From: Thermotogaceae bacterium
GTDB taxonomy: Bacteria; Thermotogota; Thermotogae; MWEM01
Assembly: GCA_012744415.1 (NCBI GenBank)
Contig: JAAYCF010000065.1
Span: 1-46,035 of the forward strand
Length of the DNA: 46,035 nt
Direction of reading: 5' to 3'
This document shows positions 24,865 to 33,827 of the stretch, piece after piece. A program made the position numbers and the translations under genes. The stretch's first letter is position 1; each line of letters opens with the position of its first letter. The notes beneath the pieces were generated by a model. It was given only the letters and a program-made list of their open reading frames with translations, searched no databases and was not told the origin of the DNA.

Positions 24865-26265
24865 ATGAGAGACGTATTTTTTGTCGATACCACGCTGCGG
24901 GACGCCCACCAGTCTTTGTTAGCCACACGGATGAGTACGGAAGAGATGCTTCCGATTCTGAAGACCATCGACAAAACGGGCTACCAATCTCTGGAGGTTT
25001 GGGGAGGAGCCACTTTCGACAGTTGTATACGATTTTTGGATGAAGACCCTTGGGAACGCCTCCGGACCATCCGAAAAAACATCAAGCATACGGAACTGCA
25101 GATGCTGCTTCGAGGCCAGAACGTCGTCGGGTACAAGAATTACGCGGACGACGTCTTGGAACTATTCGTAAAAAAAGCGATCAAGAACGGGTTGGATCGT
25201 ATTCGAACCTTTGATGCGCTCAACGATTTGAGGAATCTGGAAAAGTCCATCGAATACACCAAGAAGTATAAAGGGCATATCCAAGTCGCCATTTGTTTTA
25301 CAACGAGCCCGTTCCACACCCTGGAATACTATTCGTCTCTGGTTGACAGTATTCTGAATTACGAACCGGATTCGATCTGTATCAAGGATATGGCCGGTTT
25401 ATTGACCCCCAAGATCTCCTACGATCTCGTCAAGATGATTAAAACGAAAAAAGAAATCCCCGTCGAGATGCATACCCATTGCACGGTGGGAACCGGGGAA
25501 CTCAGCTATCTTTCGGCTTTTGAAGCGGGGGCGGATTTGTTCGACACGGCGTGCTCTTCTCTGTCCGGGGCATCCTCTCAACCGGCTGTGGAGAGCTTCT
25601 ATTACAGTTTCAAGGAATATCCGGAGACGCGTTGCCACTTGAACGCCGAAAACTTTCTGGAGATCTCGGATTATTTCGAAGGCGTTCGGCAAAAACACGC
25701 CCATGACGACGTGAATATAAAACATATGGATCTGAGGGTGCTTTCTTCGCAGGTTCCCGGCGGCATGCTCTCCAACCTCTACAGTCAGCTAAAAAAGCAA
25801 AACGCGATGCATCGCTTGAACGACGTGATGGCGGAGATACCCTCGGTGCGCAAGGATCTCGGTTATCCCCCTCTCGTTACCCCGACCAGTCAGATTGTCG
25901 GTGTGCAGGCGGTTTTAAATGTATTGACCGGAAAACGGTATTCACGTATAACGAAAGAGACGGAGCAGTATGTGAAGGGGCATTACGGAAAACCGCCCGC
26001 GGATATCGACCCGGATTTGAAAAGCGCGATCGTAAAAAACCCTTCCGATGTCATCGACTGTCGCCCTGCGGATCTGATACCGCCGCAACTGCCGGAGATG
26101 CGGAAGCTGCTGGGATCTTTCGTCGAGAAGGACGAAGACCTTCTCAGTATCGCCTTATTTGGAGATCTGGCGCTGAATTTTTTGAAAGAGAAGTATTACG
26201 GTCGGATCGGGATTGATGAATCACTCGCGGACATGGTCGAAAACGGCGTCTATCCGGCTGTGTAA
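24865..26265 (+). CDS. Oxaloacetate decarboxylase alpha / pyruvate carboxylase subunit B-type carboxyltransferase lacking a biotinyl domain
   Basis: 'FFVDTTLRDAHQSL' TIM-barrel carboxyltransferase block plus the conserved C-terminal helical domain. The protein ends at 466 aa with no 'AMKM' biotin-carrier motif. ATG 24865 has GAGGAG 8 nt upstream. Confidence 0.8.
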   Translation: MRDVFFVDTTLRDAHQSLLATRMSTEEMLPILKTIDKTGYQSLEVWGGATFDSCIRFLDEDPWERLRTIRKNIKHTELQMLLRGQNVVGYKNYADDVLELFVKKAIKNGLDRIRTFDALNDLRNLEKSIEYTKKYKGHIQVAICFTTSPFHTLEYYSSLVDSILNYEPDSICIKDMAGLLTPKISYDLVKMIKTKKEIPVEMHTHCTVGTGELSYLSAFEAGADLFDTACSSLSGASSQPAVESFYYSFKEYPETRCHLNAENFLEISDYFEGVRQKHAHDDVNIKHMDLRVLSSQVPGGMLSNLYSQLKKQNAMHRLNDVMAEIPSVRKDLGYPPLVTPTSQIVGVQAVLNVLTGKRYSRITKETEQYVKGHYGKPPADIDPDLKSAIVKNPSDVIDCRPADLIPPQLPEMRKLLGSFVEKDEDLLSIALFGDLALNFLKEKYYGRIGIDESLADMVENGVYPAV

Positions 26266-26296
26266 TATCCGCGCCGATCCATACCGCTCAGCAATA

Positions 26297-26329
26297 TAGA
26301 AAAAGAACCCCTCAGGGGTTCTTTTTCTA
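26297..26329. terminator. Bidirectional Rho-independent terminator between convergent genes
   Basis: Perfect 15-bp inverted repeat TAGAAAAAGAACCCC-TCA-GGGGTTCTTTTTCTA. The A/T runs are built into both arms. Confidence 0.8.
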
Positions 26330-26347
26330 TGGATACAGCCGACGGGA

Positions 26348-27223
26348 TCAGGCCAGATAATCGGACAGAAAGGGCGGAATTTGAAAAGCGGCGGAATGGA
26401 TGTCGGAGGTATAGTAGCGCAAATGAGGCGGGATTCTTCGTACCGCTTCAGGCGACAACTGGTAAAAGTCAGGCTTGTTTTGCCCGTCTTGGGAACGATA
26501 CCCGATGCTATAGGTCCAAAAACCTGACGGGTACTGGGGACTGAATCCCAGATAGATCCCCGCGGTCGGAAAAGCGGCCGCGATACGGCGATAAGCCGTT
26601 CGCATCCATTCACGGTCATAGATCGGATTCTCCGTTTGGGCCACGCAGACGCCTCCTGGAACGAGTCTATCCCGACAAAGCGCGTAAAAAGCGTCGGTAA
26701 ACAAATGTCCGCCTTCTCCCGCCGTTGGATCGGTCGAATCGATAAGGATGGCATCCCACGTTTGAGATGAGCCTTTCAGATAGGCGACGCCGTCTTCGAA
26801 GACACAGGAAACCCGCGGATCCGACAAGGCATGGCTCAGGGTCGGCAGATACGTTTTGGCCGCTTCCACGACATCCCGATCAATTTCACACAGAACGGCG
26901 CTTTCAACCGAAGGATGCTTGAGCGCCTCTCGAATGGTTCCGCCGTCTCCCCCTCCGATCACGAGGACATGTTTCGGACGCTCGCAGATCTGCAAAGGAA
27001 CATGCGCAATCATCTCATGATACATAAACTCCCAGCGTTCCATCGTTTGAACGATGCCATCCAAGGCTAAAACACGCCCATGGGAGACAGTATCGAAAAT
27101 ATCTATTTTCTGAAAAGATGTCTCTCGGGAGTAAACCCAGCGGGAAACTTCCAGCTCCAGAAAGGATCTTTGATCCTGATAGACTTCTCGGAAGCAGAAC
27201 GGACTCTTTTCGTTACGGTTCAT
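26348..27223 (-). CDS. speE: Spermidine synthase
   Basis: 'VLVIGGGDGGTIRE' and 'ILIDSTDP' motifs. ATG 27223 has GGAGGG 6 nt upstream; the listed ORF start 27277 is a run-on. Confidence 0.85.
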   Translation of the reverse strand: MNRNEKSPFCFREVYQDQRSFLELEVSRWVYSRETSFQKIDIFDTVSHGRVLALDGIVQTMERWEFMYHEMIAHVPLQICERPKHVLVIGGGDGGTIREALKHPSVESAVLCEIDRDVVEAAKTYLPTLSHALSDPRVSCVFEDGVAYLKGSSQTWDAILIDSTDPTAGEGGHLFTDAFYALCRDRLVPGGVCVAQTENPIYDREWMRTAYRRIAAAFPTAGIYLGFSPQYPSGFWTYSIGYRSQDGQNKPDFYQLSPEAVRRIPPHLRYYTSDIHSAAFQIPPFLSDYLA

Positions 27224-27291
27224 ATGAAACCCTCCACTTTCGGAAATGATCAAACCTTCAAGCCGCGAAAAAGGCAATATCGAAGACGCTC

Positions 27292-27693
27292 TTAGGCCGA
27301 GGCTTCTACCGCCTTATATGAGGCCTCATCCGAGATACCCAGGGCTTTGTAGTTGCCCCTCTGGTACTCGTCAATCAGAAAGCGTTGCGCTCCGAAGGCT
27401 TTCTTCAGGAAATCGAAGGCAACCCATGGATCCACGTGATCGCCGCACGTGAAAACGTCGACAGCCGCATACCCATACTCCGGCCACGTATGGATCGACA
27501 GATGCGACTCCGAAATGACCACAACGCCACTGATGCCATAGGGCGAAAATTGGTGAAAACTCGAATCGACGATACAGGCACCTGCGACCAGCGCTGCGTT
27601 TTTCATTCTTTCCTCGACCGTATCGACATCATTCAAGGTGTCGGTGTCGCAATCGTAAAATTCGGCAATTAAGTGTTTCCCCAAAGCTTTCAT
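27292..27693 (-). CDS. speH: S-adenosylmethionine decarboxylase proenzyme (small pyruvoyl type)
   Basis: Self-cleavage motif '[11 protein letters not shown]' and N-terminus '[15 protein letters not shown]'. ATG 27693 has AAGGAG 9 nt upstream. Confidence 0.85.
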   Translation of the reverse strand: MKALGKHLIAEFYDCDTDTLNDVDTVEERMKNAALVAGACIVDSSFHQFSPYGISGVVVISESHLSIHTWPEYGYAAVDVFTCGDHVDPWVAFDFLKKAFGAQRFLIDEYQRGNYKALGISDEASYKAVEASA

Positions 27694-27717
27694 GGGTATC
27701 AACTCCTTCCTGACAGG

Positions 27718-28251
27718 CTAATCAATTTTTATCCATAAAAATTTGGCTTTGACCGCCGGATCTTGGTTCATGATACTGTGTTTCTTATCGGCGCGGTAAT
27801 AGAAGGAATCTCCCTTCTCGCATCGATAGTCTGTGCCATCGAGGATGAGATGAATCGTTCCGGTTAAAACGTAACCGAATTCGTCTCCGGCGTGATAATC
27901 CTCTTCCATCGTTTTGCTTCCCGGTTTTAACGTCACGAACATCGCATCGATCTTTTTGTTTTCCACTTCATCCATCAATAAGGTCGTTTGCACTCCCGTT
28001 GGTTGGTCATACAACGGAACCCCTTCCGATTTCAGATAGATGATTTTCTCTTCCTTTTCTTCGGAAAAAAACGCTTGAAGCGTCGTCCCGACCGCTTTCA
28101 AAATACGCTCAAGATTGTCCAGCGTCGGCGAAGTCTTATCTGTCTCCACCTGCGAGATGAAACTTCTCGCTAAATCCGCCCGAACGGCCACCTCTTCTTG
28201 CGTCATATCAAGGGCCATTCTGAGTTTTCTGAGCTTTTCGCCGTAGGTCAT
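27718..28251 (-). CDS. XRE-family HTH transcriptional regulator with C-terminal cupin domain (PuuR-like)
   Basis: N-terminal HTH 'LRKLRMALDMTQEEVAVRADLARSFISQVE'. C-terminal cupin 'HAGDEFGYVLTGTIHLILDG...GDSFYY'. It heads the speH-speE operon. Confidence 0.8.
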   Translation of the reverse strand: MTYGEKLRKLRMALDMTQEEVAVRADLARSFISQVETDKTSPTLDNLERILKAVGTTLQAFFSEEKEEKIIYLKSEGVPLYDQPTGVQTTLLMDEVENKKIDAMFVTLKPGSKTMEEDYHAGDEFGYVLTGTIHLILDGTDYRCEKGDSFYYRADKKHSIMNQDPAVKAKFLWIKID

Positions 28252-28274
28252 TGGAACTCCCTTCTTGTGCCTTT

Positions 28275-28334
28275 AAATGACACGTTTCGTCATTTTACGC
28301 GACATTATATCATAAATGACGATCCATGTCAAAT
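28275..28334. promoter_or_regulatory. Two tandem operator-like palindromes upstream of the XRE-cupin regulator gene
   Basis: AAATGAC-N7-GTCATTT at 28275-28295 and AAATGAC-N7-GTCAAAT at 28314-28334. Both have the same 7-nt spacer and their centres are 39 nt apart. They lie 24-85 nt upstream of the regulator ATG. Confidence 0.35.
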
Positions 28335-28473
28335 AAATAGACAACCGGGAAAAAGAAAGGTCCGGCCGCTCTCCTTCCCGTTTCCCGAGTGAAAAAAACC
28401 GCATGAAAAGAGTTTAGGAAAACGATAGGAGAATATAGAAATATGGTTTAGCAAACGGAAAGGAGAGGAAAAG

Positions 28474-28881
28474 ATGGCGGGGTTGTACAACTCAAACTTT
28501 ACAACTTTGGCGATGGCGATGGATGTGGCCAGTCTGAGGAATGAAGTTTACGCCCACAATATCGCGAATGCCGAAACGCCCGGGTATAAACGCCGAGAGG
28601 TTTCTTTCGAAGAAAACTTCAAAAACGCGCTATCTTCGGATGACCTTCGGCTGAAAACTTCCCGGTCAAAGCACATCCCGAACTATCCGACCTCCTTCGA
28701 CGATATCGACCCGGATGTTACGCAAATAACGAACACCACAATCACCAACGACGGCAGCAACGTGGACATCGACAAAGAAATGGCCGCGTTATCCGCGAAT
28801 ACCCTCCGATACCAGACATTGACGCGGTTGATGGATTTGAATATTGTCAGGTATAATATCATACTGAAAGGAACCCGCTAA
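28474..28881 (+). CDS. flgB: Flagellar basal-body rod protein FlgB
   Basis: Rod N-terminal motif 'NIANAETPGYKRREVSFE'. RBS AAGGAGAGG upstream. Confidence 0.9.
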   Translation: MAGLYNSNFTTLAMAMDVASLRNEVYAHNIANAETPGYKRREVSFEENFKNALSSDDLRLKTSRSKHIPNYPTSFDDIDPDVTQITNTTITNDGSNVDIDKEMAALSANTLRYQTLTRLMDLNIVRYNIILKGTR

Positions 28882-29333
28882 TGTTGGACGTATTCCGCAC
28901 CTTGAACATCAGCGCGTCAGGGTTGACCGCTCAAAGAGCGCGTTTGGACGTTATCGCCAGCAATATTGCCAACGCCGAAACCACGCGTTCCGATGAGGGC
29001 GGCCCGTATCGAAGAAAGGCCGTCATCTTTAGGGAAGTTTTCGAAGAAGCGGTAGGGGAAGCCCATTACCGAGATAACCGGCTGCAAACCGATTCGATGC
29101 AGGGCGTAGAAATCGCCGCGATCGAAGCGGATAAACGGCCGTTCCGCTTGGTTTATGATCCTTCTCATCCCGATGCGAATGATGAAGGATACGTCCAGAT
29201 GCCGAATGTGAACGTCCTGCGCGAAATGGTAGATCTCATCAATGCCCAGCGTTCCTACGAGGCGAACGTGACGGCGATGAATGCGACGAAATCATTTGTT
29301 AATGCTGCCTTGCAGATAGGGAAGGGTGGTTAA
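28881..29333 (+). CDS. flgC: Flagellar basal-body rod protein FlgC
   Basis: 'SNIANAETTRSDEGGPYRRK' and C-terminal 'VNVLREMVDLINAQRSYEANV'. TAATG overlap with flgB. Confidence 0.9.
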   Translation: MLDVFRTLNISASGLTAQRARLDVIASNIANAETTRSDEGGPYRRKAVIFREVFEEAVGEAHYRDNRLQTDSMQGVEIAAIEADKRPFRLVYDPSHPDANDEGYVQMPNVNVLREMVDLINAQRSYEANVTAMNATKSFVNAALQIGKGG

Positions 29334-29335
29334 AC

Positions 29336-29662
29336 ATGGCACAATCGATAGACCCGATCGGTAGGATAGGAAGCACCAATCCGATTCAGAAGGTATCCCG
29401 AGTCGGCCAAACGCCGAAACAGGCGGAAAAATCTGAAATAGAGCCCGATTTTATGAAAATTTTACAGCAAGCGCTGGAAGAAACCAATACCGATCAGTAC
29501 GAAGCGGAGCAAGCGGCGGATGAATTCGCGGCGGGAAGACTCAGCAACATTCACGACGTGCTCATATCCGCCGAAAAAGCGGCGATGTCTTTGCGGTTGA
29601 CCCTTGAGGTACGCAACAAGATCGTCGACGCTTACCGCGAAATCATGCGCATGCAGTTGTGA
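29336..29662 (+). CDS. fliE: Flagellar hook-basal body complex protein FliE
   Basis: C-terminal FliE block 'HDVLISAEKAAMSLRLTLEVRNKIVDAYREIMRMQL'. 108 aa. Confidence 0.85.
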   Translation: MAQSIDPIGRIGSTNPIQKVSRVGQTPKQAEKSEIEPDFMKILQQALEETNTDQYEAEQAADEFAAGRLSNIHDVLISAEKAAMSLRLTLEVRNKIVDAYREIMRMQL

Positions 29663-30702
29663 TCCGTCCTTCGCGTCAAAAATGTGGTCTCTTATGCGGT
29701 TTGCTATTCCCGCTAATATTGTGGGCGGGAATGGAAGGGCTCGCTGTTAAACCGCTTTTGTTTATTCCTTACGATCAAACCCGCATCTACTTCTCCGATT
29801 TTTTCGACACGGAAACGATCCTTTCCAAGGAGCTTGCCGAAAAGCTCCAGTCGATCGTTTTTGGATTCGCCCCTTTGCCTGGGAAGACGCTTCTCTATCA
29901 ATCCGACTATGTCCGTTCCAAGATATCTCTCTACTTTCCGGAGATCGATCCCCTTATCCAATCGGATACAGTGACCGTTTCGAGAGGAAACGCGCTGATC
30001 GAAACGCCCTTGTCAGCGACGACCTCTTCCGTACCCGCGACAAAAACCTCGGAAGACCCCCCCGGCGCGCTCATCGACGCGGAAGAATGGAAGAGCCGGT
30101 TGGAGGAACACGCGAGGGTGTTCCTAACAGATATGTGGATGGTCGCGATTCCTGCGGAAGCCTTTCACCTGGAAATCATGACGGAACCGCCTACCGCCTT
30201 TTCGGAAATGCCTTGGGAAATCACTTATACCAGATTCGGGAAGAGCGATTTATTTGTAAAAATAGCCGCCGGTTCTCCCGTCGCCTCTCAAACCACCCGA
30301 TGGACGGGGAAAGTGAAGCCGGTCTGGATTAGGAATTTGGCCACGGCCGGTAGAAATATCAAGTACAAGGAAACCTTTTTGTCAGATGCGGTGGTCTACA
30401 AACCGTTGAACTACTTTGACTACCGGGATCCGGTCGTGGAAGGCGTCGCCTTTCCAAAAGTATCCAAAGCCTTCATAAAGTCGGGGACGGTGATAGAAGG
30501 CGCGTTGATTGCGAATCCTCCCTATGTGAGGGCAGGACAGGTGATCTTCGCGGTCGTGATCATCGGCGGAGTGGAAGTCAAGGGAATGGTAGAGGTTCTG
30601 AAAGACGCGCAGATCGGAGAGGTCATCCAGGCGAGGAATGTGGAAACCGGCGCCATTCTCACAGGAATCCTTGAAGAAGGTCCCGTATTACGCCTTTACT
30701 GA
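29659..30702 (+). CDS. flgA: Flagellar P-ring assembly chaperone FlgA (long form, 347 aa)
   Basis: C-terminal SAF/FlgA block 'PPYVRAGQVIFAVVIIGGVEVKGMVEVLKDAQIGEVIQARNVETGAILTGIL'. Signal-like N-terminus. The GTG start overlaps the fliE stop by 4 nt. Confidence 0.7.
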   Translation: MIRPSRQKCGLLCGLLFPLILWAGMEGLAVKPLLFIPYDQTRIYFSDFFDTETILSKELAEKLQSIVFGFAPLPGKTLLYQSDYVRSKISLYFPEIDPLIQSDTVTVSRGNALIETPLSATTSSVPATKTSEDPPGALIDAEEWKSRLEEHARVFLTDMWMVAIPAEAFHLEIMTEPPTAFSEMPWEITYTRFGKSDLFVKIAAGSPVASQTTRWTGKVKPVWIRNLATAGRNIKYKETFLSDAVVYKPLNYFDYRDPVVEGVAFPKVSKAFIKSGTVIEGALIANPPYVRAGQVIFAVVIIGGVEVKGMVEVLKDAQIGEVIQARNVETGAILTGILEEGPVLRLY

Positions 30703-30716
30703 GAACGGAGGTTCTA

Positions 30717-31331
30717 ATGAAGAAAATCGGGTTGTTCGCTCTCATCATTTTATGGATCGTCCCCTGTTTTGGGGTTTCTCTATGGTCCTCCTCAGATAAT
30801 GAAAAATTCCGAAATTTGTACAGCGACAACAAAGCCTTTAAAGTGGGAGACATCGTCACGATCCTCATTACGGAAACGGTGGATCTGTCTCAAAGCGATA
30901 CGACCGATAATAAGTCCAAAGGGTTAATCACGTCGACTTTATCGATCATAAAGAATGTCAGCAACATAGACCTCTCTAAATTTCTTCCGACATCTGTCTC
31001 CGATAGCGGCTCTTCCAGCAGCTCGAAAACGAATAATTCCGCCGAGCAACAGATGCAGGCGAAGATAGCGGCGATTATCACCGAAATCGATGGATTCGGA
31101 AACCTGACACTGGAAGGCAAGAAAGAAGTGAAGGTGGGGCAGGACCGGAGAGAGATGATTATCCAGGGTGTTGTCAGGCCGGGGGATGTCTCCGCGAGTA
31201 ACACCATCGATTCTTTCAAGATCGCGAACGCCAAGATCTGGTACAACGGAGATGTCGTTTTCGTTCAAGACCCTTCGGAACAAAGCTGGGTCAGCTATAT
31301 CTTGTCGGGATTATCGAAAATTATCTTTTAA
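30717..31331 (+). CDS. flgH: Flagellar L-ring lipoprotein FlgH
   Basis: Signal and lipobox-like 'IVPCFG'. Conserved blocks 'FKVGDIVTILITE' and 'GNLTLEGKKEVKVGQDRREMIIQGVVRPGDVSASNTI'. Confidence 0.85.
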   Translation: MKKIGLFALIILWIVPCFGVSLWSSSDNEKFRNLYSDNKAFKVGDIVTILITETVDLSQSDTTDNKSKGLITSTLSIIKNVSNIDLSKFLPTSVSDSGSSSSSKTNNSAEQQMQAKIAAIITEIDGFGNLTLEGKKEVKVGQDRREMIIQGVVRPGDVSASNTIDSFKIANAKIWYNGDVVFVQDPSEQSWVSYILSGLSKIIF

Positions 31332-31346
31332 AGCAGGTGACAGACG

Positions 31347-32357
31347 ATGAAAAAAACGTGCGTGTGTGTTGTTGTCCTAATGCTCGTTTCTCTATTATCC
31401 TTCGGCGCGTTAGTACGTTTGAAAGATATTGCGCGGTTTCGCGGCGCCCGAGACAATCAACTCTTCGGCGTGGGTGTCGTGATCGGGCTTAACGGAAGCG
31501 GAGATTCCGGTACCGTCCCTTCCACGCTGATCAGCAATATGCTAAAGAACTTCGGCATATCGATATCGAACCAAGACTTGAAATCGAAAAATGCCGCCAT
31601 CGTAATCGTGACCGCCGATATTCCGCCCTACTTCAAGCCCGGCATGCGCTTGGACATACAGATTTCTTCCATTGGGGATGCGAAGTCACTGGCCAATGGT
31701 ATCCTTTTGCAAACGCCCTTATATGGCGCCGACGGTATCGTCTACGCCGTTTCGCAAGGTCAGATCAGCTTAGGTGGCGCCGATATCAAGGCGTCGATTA
31801 ACCTTCAGCCGCGTTATACGGTCGTCGGAACTATCCCCGGGGGCGCGATCGTCGAAAAGGAAATCCCGATACAGATCGTGGATGCGAAATCCGTTAGCCT
31901 TTTGCTTTCGAATCCGGACTTCACCACGGCGGCCAGGGTATCACAGGCAATCGACACCAAATTCGGGGAACGCATCTCTAAGGCAATCGACGCATCCACC
32001 GTCAAGGTAACGGTACCCGACGTCTTTTTTGACGATGTAATTACCTTTTTATCCATCATCGAAGAGGTCGAGGTCATTCCGGATGTCGCCTCCAAAATCG
32101 TGATCAACGAGCGTACCGGTACGATCGTCATGGGGGGCGGTGTTCGCGTTGAGGACTTCACCGTGGCCTATGGAGGGTTCTATGTGACGATCCGGAACGG
32201 GAAGTACACAGCCGGAGACAATCCGGGTGTGGATAGCTCCGTGGAGAATTTGGTCAGCGCGTTGAAATCCATCGGCGCGAAACCTCAGGATATCATCGGG
32301 ATCTTGCAAGCGATGAATCAAGCGGGCGTATTGCACGCGCAAATTATCGTCATGTAA
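31347..32357 (+). CDS. flgI: Flagellar P-ring protein FlgI
   Basis: 'RLKDIARFRGARDNQLFGVGVVIGLNGSGD' and C-terminal 'LKSIGAKPQDIIGILQAMNQAGVLHAQIIVM'. Confidence 0.9.
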   Translation: MKKTCVCVVVLMLVSLLSFGALVRLKDIARFRGARDNQLFGVGVVIGLNGSGDSGTVPSTLISNMLKNFGISISNQDLKSKNAAIVIVTADIPPYFKPGMRLDIQISSIGDAKSLANGILLQTPLYGADGIVYAVSQGQISLGGADIKASINLQPRYTVVGTIPGGAIVEKEIPIQIVDAKSVSLLLSNPDFTTAARVSQAIDTKFGERISKAIDASTVKVTVPDVFFDDVITFLSIIEEVEVIPDVASKIVINERTGTIVMGGGVRVEDFTVAYGGFYVTIRNGKYTAGDNPGVDSSVENLVSALKSIGAKPQDIIGILQAMNQAGVLHAQIIVM

Positions 32358-32390
32358 CGGACCTGTCCGACAAAATCGAGGAGAAGCGTT

Positions 32391-32702
32391 ATGAAAATTA
32401 ATAATTCGGTAACACCGGTACAAAATAATGGGCGTATACTATATGAGAAATCGGAAAAACCCAAGGATGATGGACTCAAAGAGGCCGTTAGCGAGTTTGT
32501 GTCGATACTGTTATCTAAGATTTTCAAGGATATGGATAAATCGATACCGAGAAGCGAGCTCACCGAAGAGTCGTACGGTCAGAGTTGGTTTCGAGAGATG
32601 ATCTTGGACGAATACGCTAAAACCGCGTCAAAGCAGGCGTTACGTTCTTTAGGAGAAACCGTATACAAACAGATAGCTGGGGTGCAACAAAGAGGGTCTT
32701 AA
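32391..32702 (+). CDS. flgJ: Rod-binding protein (FlgJ N-terminal domain only, no muramidase domain)
   Basis: 103 aa. 'FVSILLSKIFKDMDKSIP...SWFREMILDEYAKTASKQ' fits the rod-binding domain. The position after flgI is canonical. Confidence 0.65.
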   Translation: MKINNSVTPVQNNGRILYEKSEKPKDDGLKEAVSEFVSILLSKIFKDMDKSIPRSELTEESYGQSWFREMILDEYAKTASKQALRSLGETVYKQIAGVQQRGS

Positions 32703-32729
32703 TTGCCGCGAGGGGTTCATTTTTCTGTT

Positions 32730-32770
32730 GGGGGGTTTTTGTGAGGTTGGCTGCGGCGCCCCCCTTTTTT
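32730..32770 (+). terminator. Rho-independent terminator of the flagellar operon (also readable on the minus strand after lplA)
   Basis: GGGGGG (32730-32735) pairs with CCCCCC (32759-32764), followed by TTTTTT (32765-32770). The internal loop is long, so the structure is imperfect. Confidence 0.5.
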
Positions 32771-32771
32771 A

Positions 32772-33767
32772 TTACAAATCCAGCGTCTTCACCCACCCGG
32801 ACAGATCCGACTTCATAGAGGCCGTATTCGGCTCGTTCAATTGATCTATCGCATCCACGATATGCGGGACTTTGAAGGGAATATCGGTCAGCGCCGCTTC
32901 GACGCGATCGATAAAATCGGGGTACAAACTATCAGAAAAGACTCTCGTCCGCAACAACGCGCCTTCGCTCACATGGAAGCAGAGCTCCACTTCCCCCCAA
33001 TCGAACCGTTTGGTTCGTGTATACTCAAAATCCGGCGAGTTTCCGTATCGCCAAAGATTCGAAGCATGTCTCCTCGTCATCTCCCGCAAGATTTCCTTAT
33101 CGATTTTTAGCTCGGCTTCGGAAACGCTTGTCGGAGCGTAGACTCTTAAAAAGACTTCTCGAAGTTTCGGGATCAGGGCTTCCACGGTTAAGCCCGGTTT
33201 CTTTTCCTGAAGATTGATGATTCGAGATCGGACGGAAGCGACCCCCTTCGCCTTCAACTTTTCTTTCGAAGGACTCAGATATCGCGCGGCGCGTTCGAGG
33301 TCGGCGTGAACGAGAATCGTGCCGTGGTGAAGCGCTTTCTTGCCCAAGTAATAATAAGCGTTTCCGGAAAACTTTCGATCCTCAAGCAGCAGATCATTTC
33401 GACCGCTTTTTTGGACCTCCAGGCCGAAGCTTTGAAGTGTCTGCTGGATAACCGAAAATTGTTTTTCAAGATCGTAGTGCGTTTTATCGGCGATAAAAGA
33501 GAAATTAAGATTCCCGAGATCATGATAGACGGCGCCGCCTCCGGACAATCGCCTCGCCAATTTTCCGTCTTCGGCTTCGAAAACCGCCATTGAAACCTCT
33601 TTCCATGGGTTTTGATTCCTGCCGATCACGATGGTATGCTGGTTTTGCCAGAGATAAAAAATCACGTTCTCCGTTGGTTGAGAGCGCATCCAGTACTCTT
33701 CGAGCGCAAGATTCTCCCAGGGATTGTGGCCGGTTCCGATCACGATACTGGCAGTCATGGGGGTCAT
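32772..33767 (-). CDS. lplA: Lipoate-protein ligase A
   Basis: 'RRLSGGGAVYHDLGNLNFS' ligase motif. The listed ORF starts at TTG 33812. ATG 33767 ('MTPMTASIVIGTGHNPWENLALEEYW') has GGAAG upstream and fits the usual N-terminus. Confidence 0.85.
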   Translation of the reverse strand: MTPMTASIVIGTGHNPWENLALEEYWMRSQPTENVIFYLWQNQHTIVIGRNQNPWKEVSMAVFEAEDGKLARRLSGGGAVYHDLGNLNFSFIADKTHYDLEKQFSVIQQTLQSFGLEVQKSGRNDLLLEDRKFSGNAYYYLGKKALHHGTILVHADLERAARYLSPSKEKLKAKGVASVRSRIINLQEKKPGLTVEALIPKLREVFLRVYAPTSVSEAELKIDKEILREMTRRHASNLWRYGNSPDFEYTRTKRFDWGEVELCFHVSEGALLRTRVFSDSLYPDFIDRVEAALTDIPFKVPHIVDAIDQLNEPNTASMKSDLSGWVKTLDL

Positions 33768-33827
33768 CAGTCTTCCGTCCTTCCGTAGCGTATCCCGCCA
33801 CTCTGATGTCAAATGCCTGTGTCTCCT

